A stretch of 28,025 nucleotides of DNA from Alphaproteobacteria bacterium (GCA_036445355.1 JAZFQY010000151.1:1-28025); one strand, 5' to 3'. Counted from the stretch's first letter, positions 18,045 through 25,737 are shown. Numbers and translations: made by a program. The notes: generated from the sequence alone by a model not told the origin.

Positions 18045-19288
18045 CCCCCTGGCTCAGCATCGTCGGATTGGGAGAGGACGGCCTCGACGCCCTCACCCCG
18101 GCGGCGCGCGCCCTGATCGAAGGCGCCGAGGTGCTGATCGGTGGCGAGCGCCATCTGGCGCTGGCCGCGGCGGCGGTGAACGGCGCCGAGACCCTGACCT
18201 GGCGTCAGCCGCTCGCCGACACGCTGGCCGACATTGAGGCACGGCGCGGCAAACGCGTGGTGGTGCTCGCCACCGGCGATCCCATGTCCTTCGGCATCGG
18301 TGTCACCCTGGGCCGGCATTTCCCCTGGGGCGAGATGTGTGTGCTGCCGGCACCCGGCGCCTTCAGCCTGGCCGCGGCGCGCATGGGCTGGCCGGTGCAG
18401 GAGGCGACCTGCCTCACCCTGCACGGGCGGCCCCTCGACCTCGTCAGGCTGCACGTGGCCCCCGGCGCACGCCTGTTGATCATGAGCGAGGATGGGCACA
18501 CGCCGGCGAGGGTGGCGGCGGTGCTGACGGACCTCGGCTATGGCCCCAGCGAGCTCACCGTCCACGAACACATGGACGGCGCCGCGGAAAGATACGTCAC
18601 AGCTATCGCCGAAGGCTGGGGCGAGCGCACCGTCGCCGACCTCAACACCATCGCCATGGAGTGCCGGGCGGGCCCGAACGCGCTTGTGCTGTCGCGCGCA
18701 TCGGGCCTGCCCGACGACGCGTTCGTGCATGACGGCCAGATCACCAAGCGCGTGGTGCGGGCCGCGACCCTGTCCGCCCTCGTGCCTTTGCCGGGGCAAT
18801 GCCTGTGGGATCTGGGCGCCGGATGCGGCTCGGTCGCCATCGAGTGGCTGCGCGCGGCACCCGGCAGCCACGCCCACGCCGTGGAGCGCGACCCGGCGCG
18901 CGCCGCCCTGATCGCCCAGAACGCCGCCGCCCTGGGCGTGCCCGACCTGCACGTCGTCATCGACGATGCGCTCGCGGCATTGCCCGCGCTCGACCCGCCT
19001 GACGCGATCTTCGTCGGCGGCGGCGTGGCCGCGCCCGGACTGGTCGAGGCCTGCTGGTCGGCGCTCGAGCCCGGCGGGCGCCTCGTCGCCAACGCAGTGA
19101 CCCTCGACAGCGAGGCGGCACTGCTCGCGGCACAGTCTCAATATGGCGGCGCGCTGACGCGCATCTCGGTTGCCGAGGTGGAAAAGCTGGGTACGAAACA
19201 TGCCTGGCGACCCAAGCTGCCGGTGACGCAATGGGCGGCATGTAAGCCGTTGGATGTCAGCAGTCGGCCGTCAGCCGTTAGCCGTTAG
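18041..19288 (+). CDS. cobL: Precorrin-6Y C5,15-methyltransferase (CbiE-CbiT fusion); tail runs into a heptamer array
   Basis: GTG start overlapping the cobH stop; LATGDPMSFGIG, GQITKRVVRA, WDLGAGCGSVAIEW, DAIFVGGG, GGRLVANAVT, LPVTQW. Confidence 0.95.
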   Translation: MTPWLSIVGLGEDGLDALTPAARALIEGAEVLIGGERHLALAAAAVNGAETLTWRQPLADTLADIEARRGKRVVVLATGDPMSFGIGVTLGRHFPWGEMCVLPAPGAFSLAAARMGWPVQEATCLTLHGRPLDLVRLHVAPGARLLIMSEDGHTPARVAAVLTDLGYGPSELTVHEHMDGAAERYVTAIAEGWGERTVADLNTIAMECRAGPNALVLSRASGLPDDAFVHDGQITKRVVRAATLSALVPLPGQCLWDLGAGCGSVAIEWLRAAPGSHAHAVERDPARAALIAQNAAALGVPDLHVVIDDALAALPALDPPDAIFVGGGVAAPGLVEACWSALEPGGRLVANAVTLDSEAALLAAQSQYGGALTRISVAEVEKLGTKHAWRPKLPVTQWAACKPLDVSSRPSAVSR

Positions 19289-19303
19289 CCGTTAGCTGTT
19301 AAA
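19241..19303 (+). repeat. Tandem heptamer array, consensus YGTYAGC (9 in-register units, some degenerate)
   Basis: tgtaagc cgttgga tgtcagc agtcggc cgtcagc cgttagc cgttagc cgttagc tgttaaa; contains the cobL TAG (19286-19288). Confidence 0.9.
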
Positions 19304-19329
19304 CGTGATTTTGAAGAGGAAAATCACTC

Positions 19330-19689
19330 TTGCGAGACTTCCGTACGATCAAGGCCTGGCACAAGGCACACGCGCTGGCTTTGGAGATTTATCGTGCGAC
19401 ACGTGGCTACCCGACCGACGAACGCTTCGCATTAATCAGTCAAACCCAGCGAGCTGCGATTTCTATTCCGGCGAATATCGCGGAAGGGTGTGGGCATGAC
19501 TCAGAACGCGAACTCGCGCGCTACTGTCAAATAGCGTCGGGTTCGGCCAGCGAGCTGGAGTATCTCCTACTGGCCGCGCGCGACCTAGAGTACATCTCGG
19601 AAGGTACGCACCAGACTCTCGACACCTCTGTGAATGAGGTCAAACGGATGCTGAACGCATTTGTGAAGACGCTGAAGGCTGATCGCTGA
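19330..19689 (+). CDS. Four-helix bundle protein (23S rRNA intervening-sequence protein / Avd-like family)
   Basis: FRTIKAWHKAH, YP.DERF.L.SQ..RAAISIPANIAEG, IASGSASELEY.LLLA.DL.YI, EVKRML pattern. TTG start with SD GAGGA. About 57% GC counted over 19381-19620, below the flanking cob genes. Confidence 0.93.
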   Translation: MRDFRTIKAWHKAHALALEIYRATRGYPTDERFALISQTQRAAISIPANIAEGCGHDSERELARYCQIASGSASELEYLLLAARDLEYISEGTHQTLDTSVNEVKRMLNAFVKTLKADR

Positions 19690-19719
19690 CAGCTAATGGC
19701 TAACTGCTAATGGCTAACA
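19671..19719 (+). repeat. Tandem heptamer array, consensus GCTRAYN (7 units), reverse complement of the left array
   Basis: gctgaag gctgatc gctgaca gctaatg gctaact gctaatg gctaaca; contains the four-helix gene stop (19687-19689) and the cobI ATG (19710-19712). Confidence 0.9.
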
Positions 19720-20426
19720 GCCCCAAGGGCACCGTCTACGGCATCGGCGTGGGTCCGGGCGATCCGGATCTCATTACTGTCAAAGCCCAAAGGCTTCTGC
19801 GTGAGGCGCCCGTCATCGCCTACCCGGCGCCGCCGGAGGGCGAAAGCCTGGCGCGGCGCATCGCGGCGCCGCACATTTCGCACGGCAAGACCGAGATCGC
19901 CATCCGCATGCCCCTGGACCGCCGGAACTTCCCCGCGCCCGAGATCTATGACCGCGCGGCGGAGGAGATCGGCGGCCATTTGGCGGCGGGCCGCGACGTG
20001 GCCGTTCTGTGCGAGGGCGACCCGTTCTTCTACGGCTCGTTCATGTATCTGTTCGCACGCCTGGCGCGCGATTGGCCGGTGGAGGTGGTGCCGGGGGTGT
20101 CTTCGCTCACCGCCGCGTCGGCGATGCTGGCCGCACCCCTGGCGGCGCGCGACGACGTGCTCATGGTGCTGCCGGCCACCCTCGACGAAGCGGAGCTGCG
20201 GGTGCGGCTGGCGGAAACGCAGGCGGCGGCGATCATCAAGCTCGGCCGCCATTTCGCCAAGGTGAAGCGCATTCTGGACAGGCTCGGGCTCGCCGCGCAC
20301 GCCCGCTACATCGAGCACGCCACCATGGACGGCCAGCGCATCCTGGCGTTGGACGAGGTCGAGGCCGACACGGTGCCCTATTTCTCCATGATCCTTATGC
20401 ACCGTCGCGGCGAGGCGTGGCTATGA
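19710..20426 (+). CDS. cobI: Precorrin-2 C20-methyltransferase
   Basis: YGIGVGPGDPDLITVKA, LCEGDPFFYGSF, VVPGVSS, VPYFSMIL. Confidence 0.96.
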   Translation: MANSPKGTVYGIGVGPGDPDLITVKAQRLLREAPVIAYPAPPEGESLARRIAAPHISHGKTEIAIRMPLDRRNFPAPEIYDRAAEEIGGHLAAGRDVAVLCEGDPFFYGSFMYLFARLARDWPVEVVPGVSSLTAASAMLAAPLAARDDVLMVLPATLDEAELRVRLAETQAAAIIKLGRHFAKVKRILDRLGLAAHARYIEHATMDGQRILALDEVEADTVPYFSMILMHRRGEAWL

Positions 20427-22237
20427 GCCAAGGCGTGCCAAGTGGTGCGGCGGTCGTCGTACTGAGTCCCGCCGGCCTGGACTTGGCGCGGCGCCTGCGC
20501 ACGGCCCTGCCCGACGCCCACATCCACGGTCTGGCGCATCGCGTCGACGGCGCCGACGTGCCGTACCGGGATGCCGCCGAGCACCTGCGCAGCCTGTTCG
20601 CGGCCGGCGTGCCCATCGTCGGCGTGTGCGCCGGCGGCATCCTCGTCCGCGCCCTGGCGCCGCTCCTCGGCGACAAGCACGCCGAGCCGCCGGTGGTCGC
20701 CGTGGCGGCGGACGGCACTTTCGCCGTGCCGCTCCTGGGCGGGCACCACGGAGCCAACGCCCTCGCCGAAGCGGTTGCCGATGCAACCGGCGGCATGGCA
20801 GCCGTCACTACGGCCAGCGAGGCGCGGCTCGGCCTCGCCCTCGACGCGCCGCCACCCGGTTGGACCGTCGCCGACCCGCCGGCAGCGAAGGCGGTGACGG
20901 CGGCGCTCCTAGCCGGCGAGCCGGTGCGTCTCGTGGTCGAGGCCGGCGATCCAACCTGGATCACCGACGCCGGTCCCGAGTTTTCCGACGACGCCCTGCT
21001 CGCGATCCGCGTCACCGATCGCGCGCGGTCGGCGGCAAGAAATGAATTGGTGTTGCACCCGCCGATCCTGGCACTGGGTGTGGGCTGCGAGCGCGACACC
21101 GAGCCGGCGGAGCTGGAGACACTCGCCCGCGCCACCCTGGCCGAGCACGGCCTCGCGCCGGCCTCTGTCGCCTGTGTGATATCCCTCGACCTCAAGGAGG
21201 ACGAGCCGGCGGTGGCGGCGCTGGCGGTGTCCCTGGGCGTACCGGCGCGATTTTTCGACGCCACACGCCTCGAGGCAGAGACGCCGCGCCTCGCCAACCC
21301 CTCCGAGGAGGTGTTCCGCGCCGTCGGTTGCCACGGCGTGGCCGAAGCATCCGCCCTTGCCGCCGCGGGTACCGACGGCGTGCTGGTGGTACCGAAGCGC
21401 AAATCGGCGCGCGCCACCTGCGCCGTCGCGCGGGCCAGGGCGATTGATCCCAAACGGGTCGGCCGCCCGCGCGGCAGCCTCACCATTATTGGCACCGGGC
21501 CGGGCCATGCAAACTGGCGCACGCGGGCGGCCGGCAGGGCGGCGACACGGGCGAGCGACGCCGTCGGCTACGGCCCCTATCTCGACCTCATGGGCGACGC
21601 GCTGGCCGGCGCCCGGCACCACGCCTTCGCCCTCGGCGAGGAGGAGGTGCGGGCGCGCCGGGCGCTGGAGCTGGCGGCCAAGGGAAAACGGGTGGTGCTG
21701 GTCGCCTCGGGCGACCCCGGCATCTACGCATTGGCGAGCCTGGTCATCGAGCTCATGGACCGGGAGCCGACCTGGCGGCGCCTTGCCGTCGCCGTGGAGC
21801 CGGGGGTCTCGGCGATGCAGATGGCCGCCGCGCGCGCCGGCGCGCCCCTGGGGCACGATTTCTGCGCCATCTCCCTCTCCGATCTGATGACGCCGTGGCC
21901 GGCGATCGAGCGGCGGCTCACCGCGGCGGCGGAAGCGGATTTCGTGGTCGCCCTCTACAATCCGCGCAGCCACCGGCGCACGCGCCAGCTTCCCGCCGCC
22001 CGTGACATCCTGCTCGCGCATCGCCCGCCATCGACGCCGGTGGTGGTGGCGCGCGCCATCGGACGCCAAGCAGAATCGGTCGATGTGGTGACGCTCGCCG
22101 AACTCGATCCGGAGGCGGTGGACATGCTGACGGTGCTGATCGTCGGCAACAGCGAGACCCGAGCCTTCTCCCATCGCGGGCGCGACTGGGTCTACACCCC
22201 TCGCGGCTACCCGACGGACCCGGGAGACGCGGCGTGA
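20423..22237 (+). CDS. cobJ: CbiG-CobJ fusion: cobalamin biosynthesis protein CbiG + precorrin-3B C17-methyltransferase
   Basis: N-part: PLLGGHHGAN, LGVGCER, GVAEASAL (CbiG). C-part: GTGPG, GYGPYLD, SGDPGIY, APLGHDFCAISLSDL, LYNPRS, YTPRGY (CobJ/CbiH). Start ATG 20423 overlapping the cobI stop. Confidence 0.93.
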   Translation: MSQGVPSGAAVVVLSPAGLDLARRLRTALPDAHIHGLAHRVDGADVPYRDAAEHLRSLFAAGVPIVGVCAGGILVRALAPLLGDKHAEPPVVAVAADGTFAVPLLGGHHGANALAEAVADATGGMAAVTTASEARLGLALDAPPPGWTVADPPAAKAVTAALLAGEPVRLVVEAGDPTWITDAGPEFSDDALLAIRVTDRARSAARNELVLHPPILALGVGCERDTEPAELETLARATLAEHGLAPASVACVISLDLKEDEPAVAALAVSLGVPARFFDATRLEAETPRLANPSEEVFRAVGCHGVAEASALAAAGTDGVLVVPKRKSARATCAVARARAIDPKRVGRPRGSLTIIGTGPGHANWRTRAAGRAATRASDAVGYGPYLDLMGDALAGARHHAFALGEEEVRARRALELAAKGKRVVLVASGDPGIYALASLVIELMDREPTWRRLAVAVEPGVSAMQMAAARAGAPLGHDFCAISLSDLMTPWPAIERRLTAAAEADFVVALYNPRSHRRTRQLPAARDILLAHRPPSTPVVVARAIGRQAESVDVVTLAELDPEAVDMLTVLIVGNSETRAFSHRGRDWVYTPRGYPTDPGDAA

Positions 22238-23055
22238 CCGTCTATTTCATCGGCGCCGGGCCGGGGGCGCCCGACCTGATCACCGTGCGCGGGCGCGAGC
22301 TCATCCAGCGCTGCCCGGTGTGCCTCTATGCCGGCAGCCTGGTGCCGCCGGAGCTGGTGGCGGCGGCGCCGGCGGGGGCACGGGTCCGCGACACCGCGTC
22401 CATGCATCTGGACGAGATCATCGCCGAGATCGAGACCGCGCACGCCGCCGGCCAGGACGTGGCCCGGGTTCATTCCGGCGATCCGTCGCTCTACGGCGCC
22501 ATCGGCGAGCAGCTGCGCCGGCTCGAGGCCATGGGCATCGCCACTGAAGTGGTGCCCGGCGTGCCCGCATACGCCGCCGCCGCCGCGGCGCTGAAGCAGG
22601 AGCTCACCCTGCCCGGGGTCAGCCAGACTGTGATCTTGACGCGCACCGCCGTGCGCGCCTCGGCCATGCCCGCGGGCGAGGAGCTAGATGAACTCGCGCA
22701 AAGCGGCGCCACCATGGCGATCCACCTGTCGATCAACAACCTGGCCAACGTGGTCCGCGCGCTGACGCCGCGCTATGGCGCCGACTGCCCGGTGGTGGTC
22801 GCCTATCGTGTCGGCTGGCCGGACGAGAGTTTCATTCATGGCACCCTCGCCGACATCCGAGAGAAAGTGAAGGCGAGCGGCATCACGCGCACGGCGCTGA
22901 TCCTGGTCGGGCGAGTGTTCGGCGCCGCCGCATTCGCCGACAGTCGGCTCTACGCCGCCGACCACCACCACCTGCTGCGCCCGCGTAGTGCGCTAGAGCG
23001 GATCCGGGTCGATGAATCGCCCAAGGCAATTCTCATCGACCCGGATCCGCTCTAG
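22234..23055 (+). CDS. cobM: Precorrin-4 C11-methyltransferase; last ~20 aa encoded by a palindromic repeat
   Basis: YFIGAGPGAPDLITVRG, YAGSLV, RVHSGDPSLYGA, QTVILTR, HLSI, SRLY. Confidence 0.96.
   Translation: MTVYFIGAGPGAPDLITVRGRELIQRCPVCLYAGSLVPPELVAAAPAGARVRDTASMHLDEIIAEIETAHAAGQDVARVHSGDPSLYGAIGEQLRRLEAMGIATEVVPGVPAYAAAAAALKQELTLPGVSQTVILTRTAVRASAMPAGEELDELAQSGATMAIHLSINNLANVVRALTPRYGADCPVVVAYRVGWPDESFIHGTLADIREKVKASGITRTALILVGRVFGAAAFADSRLYAADHHHLLRPRSALERIRVDESPKAILIDPDPL
22993..23055. repeat. 63-bp CTAG-bounded palindromic repeat (copy 1)
   Basis: Perfect 23-bp arms CTAGAGCGGATCCGGGTCGATGA / TCATCGACCCGGATCCGCTCTAG around a 17-nt centre. Confidence 0.92.
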
Positions 23056-23603
23056 CGTGCGCCGGCCTGTCGCAGCAGTCGCCCCAATCGAGACGCACTG
23101 CCGCCGCGCGCCCAGTCGAGCACGGTGCGGCCGGTGTAGTCGGTTTGGTTGACGTCGGCCCCGGCGTCGATCAGCAGCCGCGCCACGACCACGTGACCGT
23201 TGCGCGCCGCCGCCATAAGCGGCGCCATGCCCTGGCCGTTCTCGACGTTGGCGTCGGCGCCGGCCACGACGAGGCGCGCGACCACCCCCTCATGGCCCCG
23301 GTCGGCGGCGTAGAACAGCGCCGTGTTGCCCAGCTCGTCCTTGTGGTCGAGGCGCGGCTTGAACTCCAGGATCACGCCCACGGTGTCGACGTGGCCGACG
23401 ACCGACGCCCAGATGAGCGCCGTGCGCGCCTCGTTATCGGAGGTCTCGGTCGACCTTCCGGCCTTCAACAGGCGCTTTGTTTCCTCGGCGTCGCCCTTGT
23501 AGGCGGCGACCAGGAGCGGATTGCTGGCGAGCAGATTGACCTGCGCCAGGGCAGGCGCCGCCGCCATGCAGCATAGGAGCGCCAGGGTCGCGAGCAGGCG
23601 CAT
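23052..23603 (-). CDS. Exported ankyrin-repeat protein (about 183 aa)
   Basis: Strong SD AAGGAGGAG, then ATG 23603. Signal-peptide-like MRLLATLALLCCMAAAPALA. Repeats of G.TAL..A...GH..VV..L...GA..N. Confidence 0.9.
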   Translation of the reverse strand: MRLLATLALLCCMAAAPALAQVNLLASNPLLVAAYKGDAEETKRLLKAGRSTETSDNEARTALIWASVVGHVDTVGVILEFKPRLDHKDELGNTALFYAADRGHEGVVARLVVAGADANVENGQGMAPLMAAARNGHVVVARLLIDAGADVNQTDYTGRTVLDWARGGSASRLGRLLRQAGAR

Positions 23604-23650
23604 GGTCGTCTCCTCCTTTGGGTACAGGAAAAACGCGCAGGCGCGCGCCG

Positions 23651-24442
23651 TCAAGCTTTGGCCTCGGACAGATGCGCGGCAATCCAGCGCACCGCCGCCT
23701 CGACGCTGGCCACGTGCGGGCCCGGCTCGGGCGGCGGGCGGCGCACCATCACCACCGGCAGGCCGAGTCCGCGCGCCGCCGCCAGCTTCGCCGCGGTGGC
23801 GCCGCCGCCGCTGGCCTTCGTCACCAGCACCTCGATGCGGTGCCGGCGCATGAGTTCGGTCTCGGCGTCCACTGCGAACGGACCGCGGGCGATGATGAGT
23901 TCGTGCGCGGACTGGTGCAGCGGTGCGTTCGGCGCCTCGACCAGGCGCACCAGGAACCACATGCCCGGCAGGCGCCCAAAAGCGGCGAGCCCCTTCGACC
24001 CCACGGTAAGAAATGCGCGCCGCCCGAACTGGCGCAGACATGCCGCCGCCGCGTGCATGTCCGCGACCGCGTGCCACCGATCGTCGGGTTGCTTCCTCCA
24101 CGCCGGACGCGCAAGCACCAGACGAGGCACGCCGGATGTGTCGCAGGCGGCGCGGGCGTTGGCCGCGATGGCCGCGGCGAAGGGATGGGTGGCGTCGACG
24201 ACCAGATCCACGAACTCGGCGTCGAGATACTCGGCCAGCGCCCGCGCGCCGCCGAAGCCGCCGCTTCGCACCCGGCCCGGCACCGGCGCCGGCGCGCTCG
24301 TGCGCCCGGCGAGGGAGGTGACGATCTCGAGGCGATTGCCGAAGCGGGCGTCGATGGCCCGCGCCAGTGCGCGTGCCTCGCCGGTACCGCCCAGGATCAG
24401 GACCCGGGCGGGTGCCCGCTCGCGTGCGTCAGGGGCCGGCAC
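23651..24442 (-). CDS. cobK: Precorrin-6A/cobalt-precorrin-6A reductase (CobK/CbiJ)
   Basis: VLILGGTGEA, SLAGRT, GGFGG, DATHPFA, LTVGSK, RGPF, LVTKASGG, KLAAAR.LGLPVVMV.RP. Confidence 0.95.
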   Translation of the reverse strand: MPAPDARERAPARVLILGGTGEARALARAIDARFGNRLEIVTSLAGRTSAPAPVPGRVRSGGFGGARALAEYLDAEFVDLVVDATHPFAAAIAANARAACDTSGVPRLVLARPAWRKQPDDRWHAVADMHAAAACLRQFGRRAFLTVGSKGLAAFGRLPGMWFLVRLVEAPNAPLHQSAHELIIARGPFAVDAETELMRRHRIEVLVTKASGGGATAAKLAAARGLGLPVVMVRRPPPEPGPHVASVEAAVRWIAAHLSEAKA

Positions 24443-25517
24443 GCCCGGCGACTTCGCCCGACCGGTCGATTACGACCACGTCCACATCCGTGCCGCCGGC
24501 GAGCGCGGCCAGCACCGCCGCGCGCGCCTGAGCGGCTACCCGGTCGGCGAGGGGCAGCCCCGCCTCCCGCGCGAGCGCGAGCACACCGCCCGCACCCGTC
24601 GCCCGCCGCGCCGCCGCCACCGTGGCCGCATCGGCGCCGAGGGACGCCAACATGTCGGCTAGGCCGGCCACGTCCACCTGCGAGCGCTCGGAGTGCAGGT
24701 CCATGTGCCCCGCCGCCAGCTTCGATACCTTGCCGAAGCCGCCGGCGAGGGTGAGCCGCGGGATCGGGTGCCGGCGCAGATATTTGAGCGTGCCGCCGAC
24801 GAAGTCGCCCATGTCGATGAGGGCGGTGTCGGCGAGACCGTACAGTCGCTGCACCGTCGCCTCCGATGTCCGCCCGGTTGAGGCGGCGACGTGGTCGATG
24901 CCGGCGGCGCGCGCCACGTCGATGCCGCGATGGATGGAGTGAATCCACGACGAGCACGAATAGGGAATGACGATGCCGGTGGTGCCGAGGATCGAGATGC
25001 CGTCCTTGATGCCCAGGCGCGGGTTGCTGGTCCGCGCCGCCAGCGCCCTGCCGTCGGGCACAGATATGGTGACGCGCAGGTCGCTCGCCGCGCCATATTC
25101 CGATGCCACGTCGGCAACGGCGGCGCGCATCATTGCCCGCGGGCCGTCGGTGATCGCCGGCTCGCCCACGGCCAGGGGCAATCCGGGCAGGGTCACGGTG
25201 CCCACACCCTCGCCGGCGGCGAAGGTGACGCCGGCACCCGCCGCGCCCGGCTCCACCGTGGCGAGGACGAGCGCGCCGTTGGTCACGTCCGGATCGTCGC
25301 CGGCGTCCTTGACCACGCCCGCAGTGGCGCTGCCGTTTGCAAGTCTGCACCGGGTGAGGCCAAAGATGGCGCGCCCGCCCTTCGGCAGGCGAATCGATAC
25401 CGGATCCGGGAAGTGGCCGGTCAAGAGCGCCTCGGCGGCGGCGCGGGTTGCGGCGGCGGCGCAGGCGCCGGTGGTCCAGCCCTTGCGCAGGTCTCCATGT
25501 GGCTTGCGTGCCGCCAT
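24429..25517 (-). CDS. cbiD: Cobalt-precorrin-5B C1-methyltransferase CbiD
   Basis: LRKGWTTGACAAAA, VKDAGDDPDVT, GEGVG.VTLPGL, NPRLGI..GISILGTTG, GGFGKVSKLA.G..DLHS. Start ATG 25517 or 25526. Confidence 0.95.
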   Translation of the reverse strand: MAARKPHGDLRKGWTTGACAAAATRAAAEALLTGHFPDPVSIRLPKGGRAIFGLTRCRLANGSATAGVVKDAGDDPDVTNGALVLATVEPGAAGAGVTFAAGEGVGTVTLPGLPLAVGEPAITDGPRAMMRAAVADVASEYGAASDLRVTISVPDGRALAARTSNPRLGIKDGISILGTTGIVIPYSCSSWIHSIHRGIDVARAAGIDHVAASTGRTSEATVQRLYGLADTALIDMGDFVGGTLKYLRRHPIPRLTLAGGFGKVSKLAAGHMDLHSERSQVDVAGLADMLASLGADAATVAAARRATGAGGVLALAREAGLPLADRVAAQARAAVLAALAGGTDVDVVVIDRSGEVAGRAGP

Positions 25518-25563
25518 GGCGGCCATTCTATCGACGCCCGGCACCTGCCACCAGTCGGCGCCA

Positions 25564-25630
25564 CTAGAAAGGATCGTGATTGATCGAGGCCGCATCGCGG
25601 GACCCGATCAATCGCGTGAATCCGCCCTAT
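25564..25630. repeat. Degenerate CTAG-bounded hairpin repeat
   Basis: CTAG..GGAT CGTGATTGATCG ... CGATCAATCGCG ..ATCC..CTAT; similar length and terminal design to the neighbouring palindrome. Confidence 0.55.
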
Positions 25631-25639
25631 ATCAAATAC

Positions 25640-25705
25640 TTGGAGCAGATCCACCGGGTCGATGAATCGCCCAAGGCGGTTCTCATCGACCCGGATCTGC
25701 TCTAG
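25640..25705. repeat. Palindromic repeat (copy 2 of the 22993-23055 element)
   Basis: GAGCAGAT[CCA]CCGGGTCGATGAATCGCCCAAGGCGGTTCTCATCGACCCGGATCTGCTCTAG; near-identical to copy 1 with a 3-nt insertion. Confidence 0.9.
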
Positions 25706-25737
25706 CCAGCGCAGGAGGCGCCATGTAGCGTGCGGAC

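Noticed and set aside
19241-19303. CRISPR array interpretation of the heptamer arrays or the 63-66 bp palindromes
   Set aside because: No spacers between heptamers, the palindromes are dispersed rather than regularly spaced, and no cas genes.
19241-19719. Diversity-generating retroelement suggested by the Avd-like protein
   Set aside because: No reverse transcriptase and no template/variable repeat pair differing at adenines in the window.
23604-24101. ORF-track N-terminal extension of the ankyrin ORF to 349 aa
   Set aside because: Overlaps cobK in another frame; a strong SD and signal peptide mark the start at 23603.
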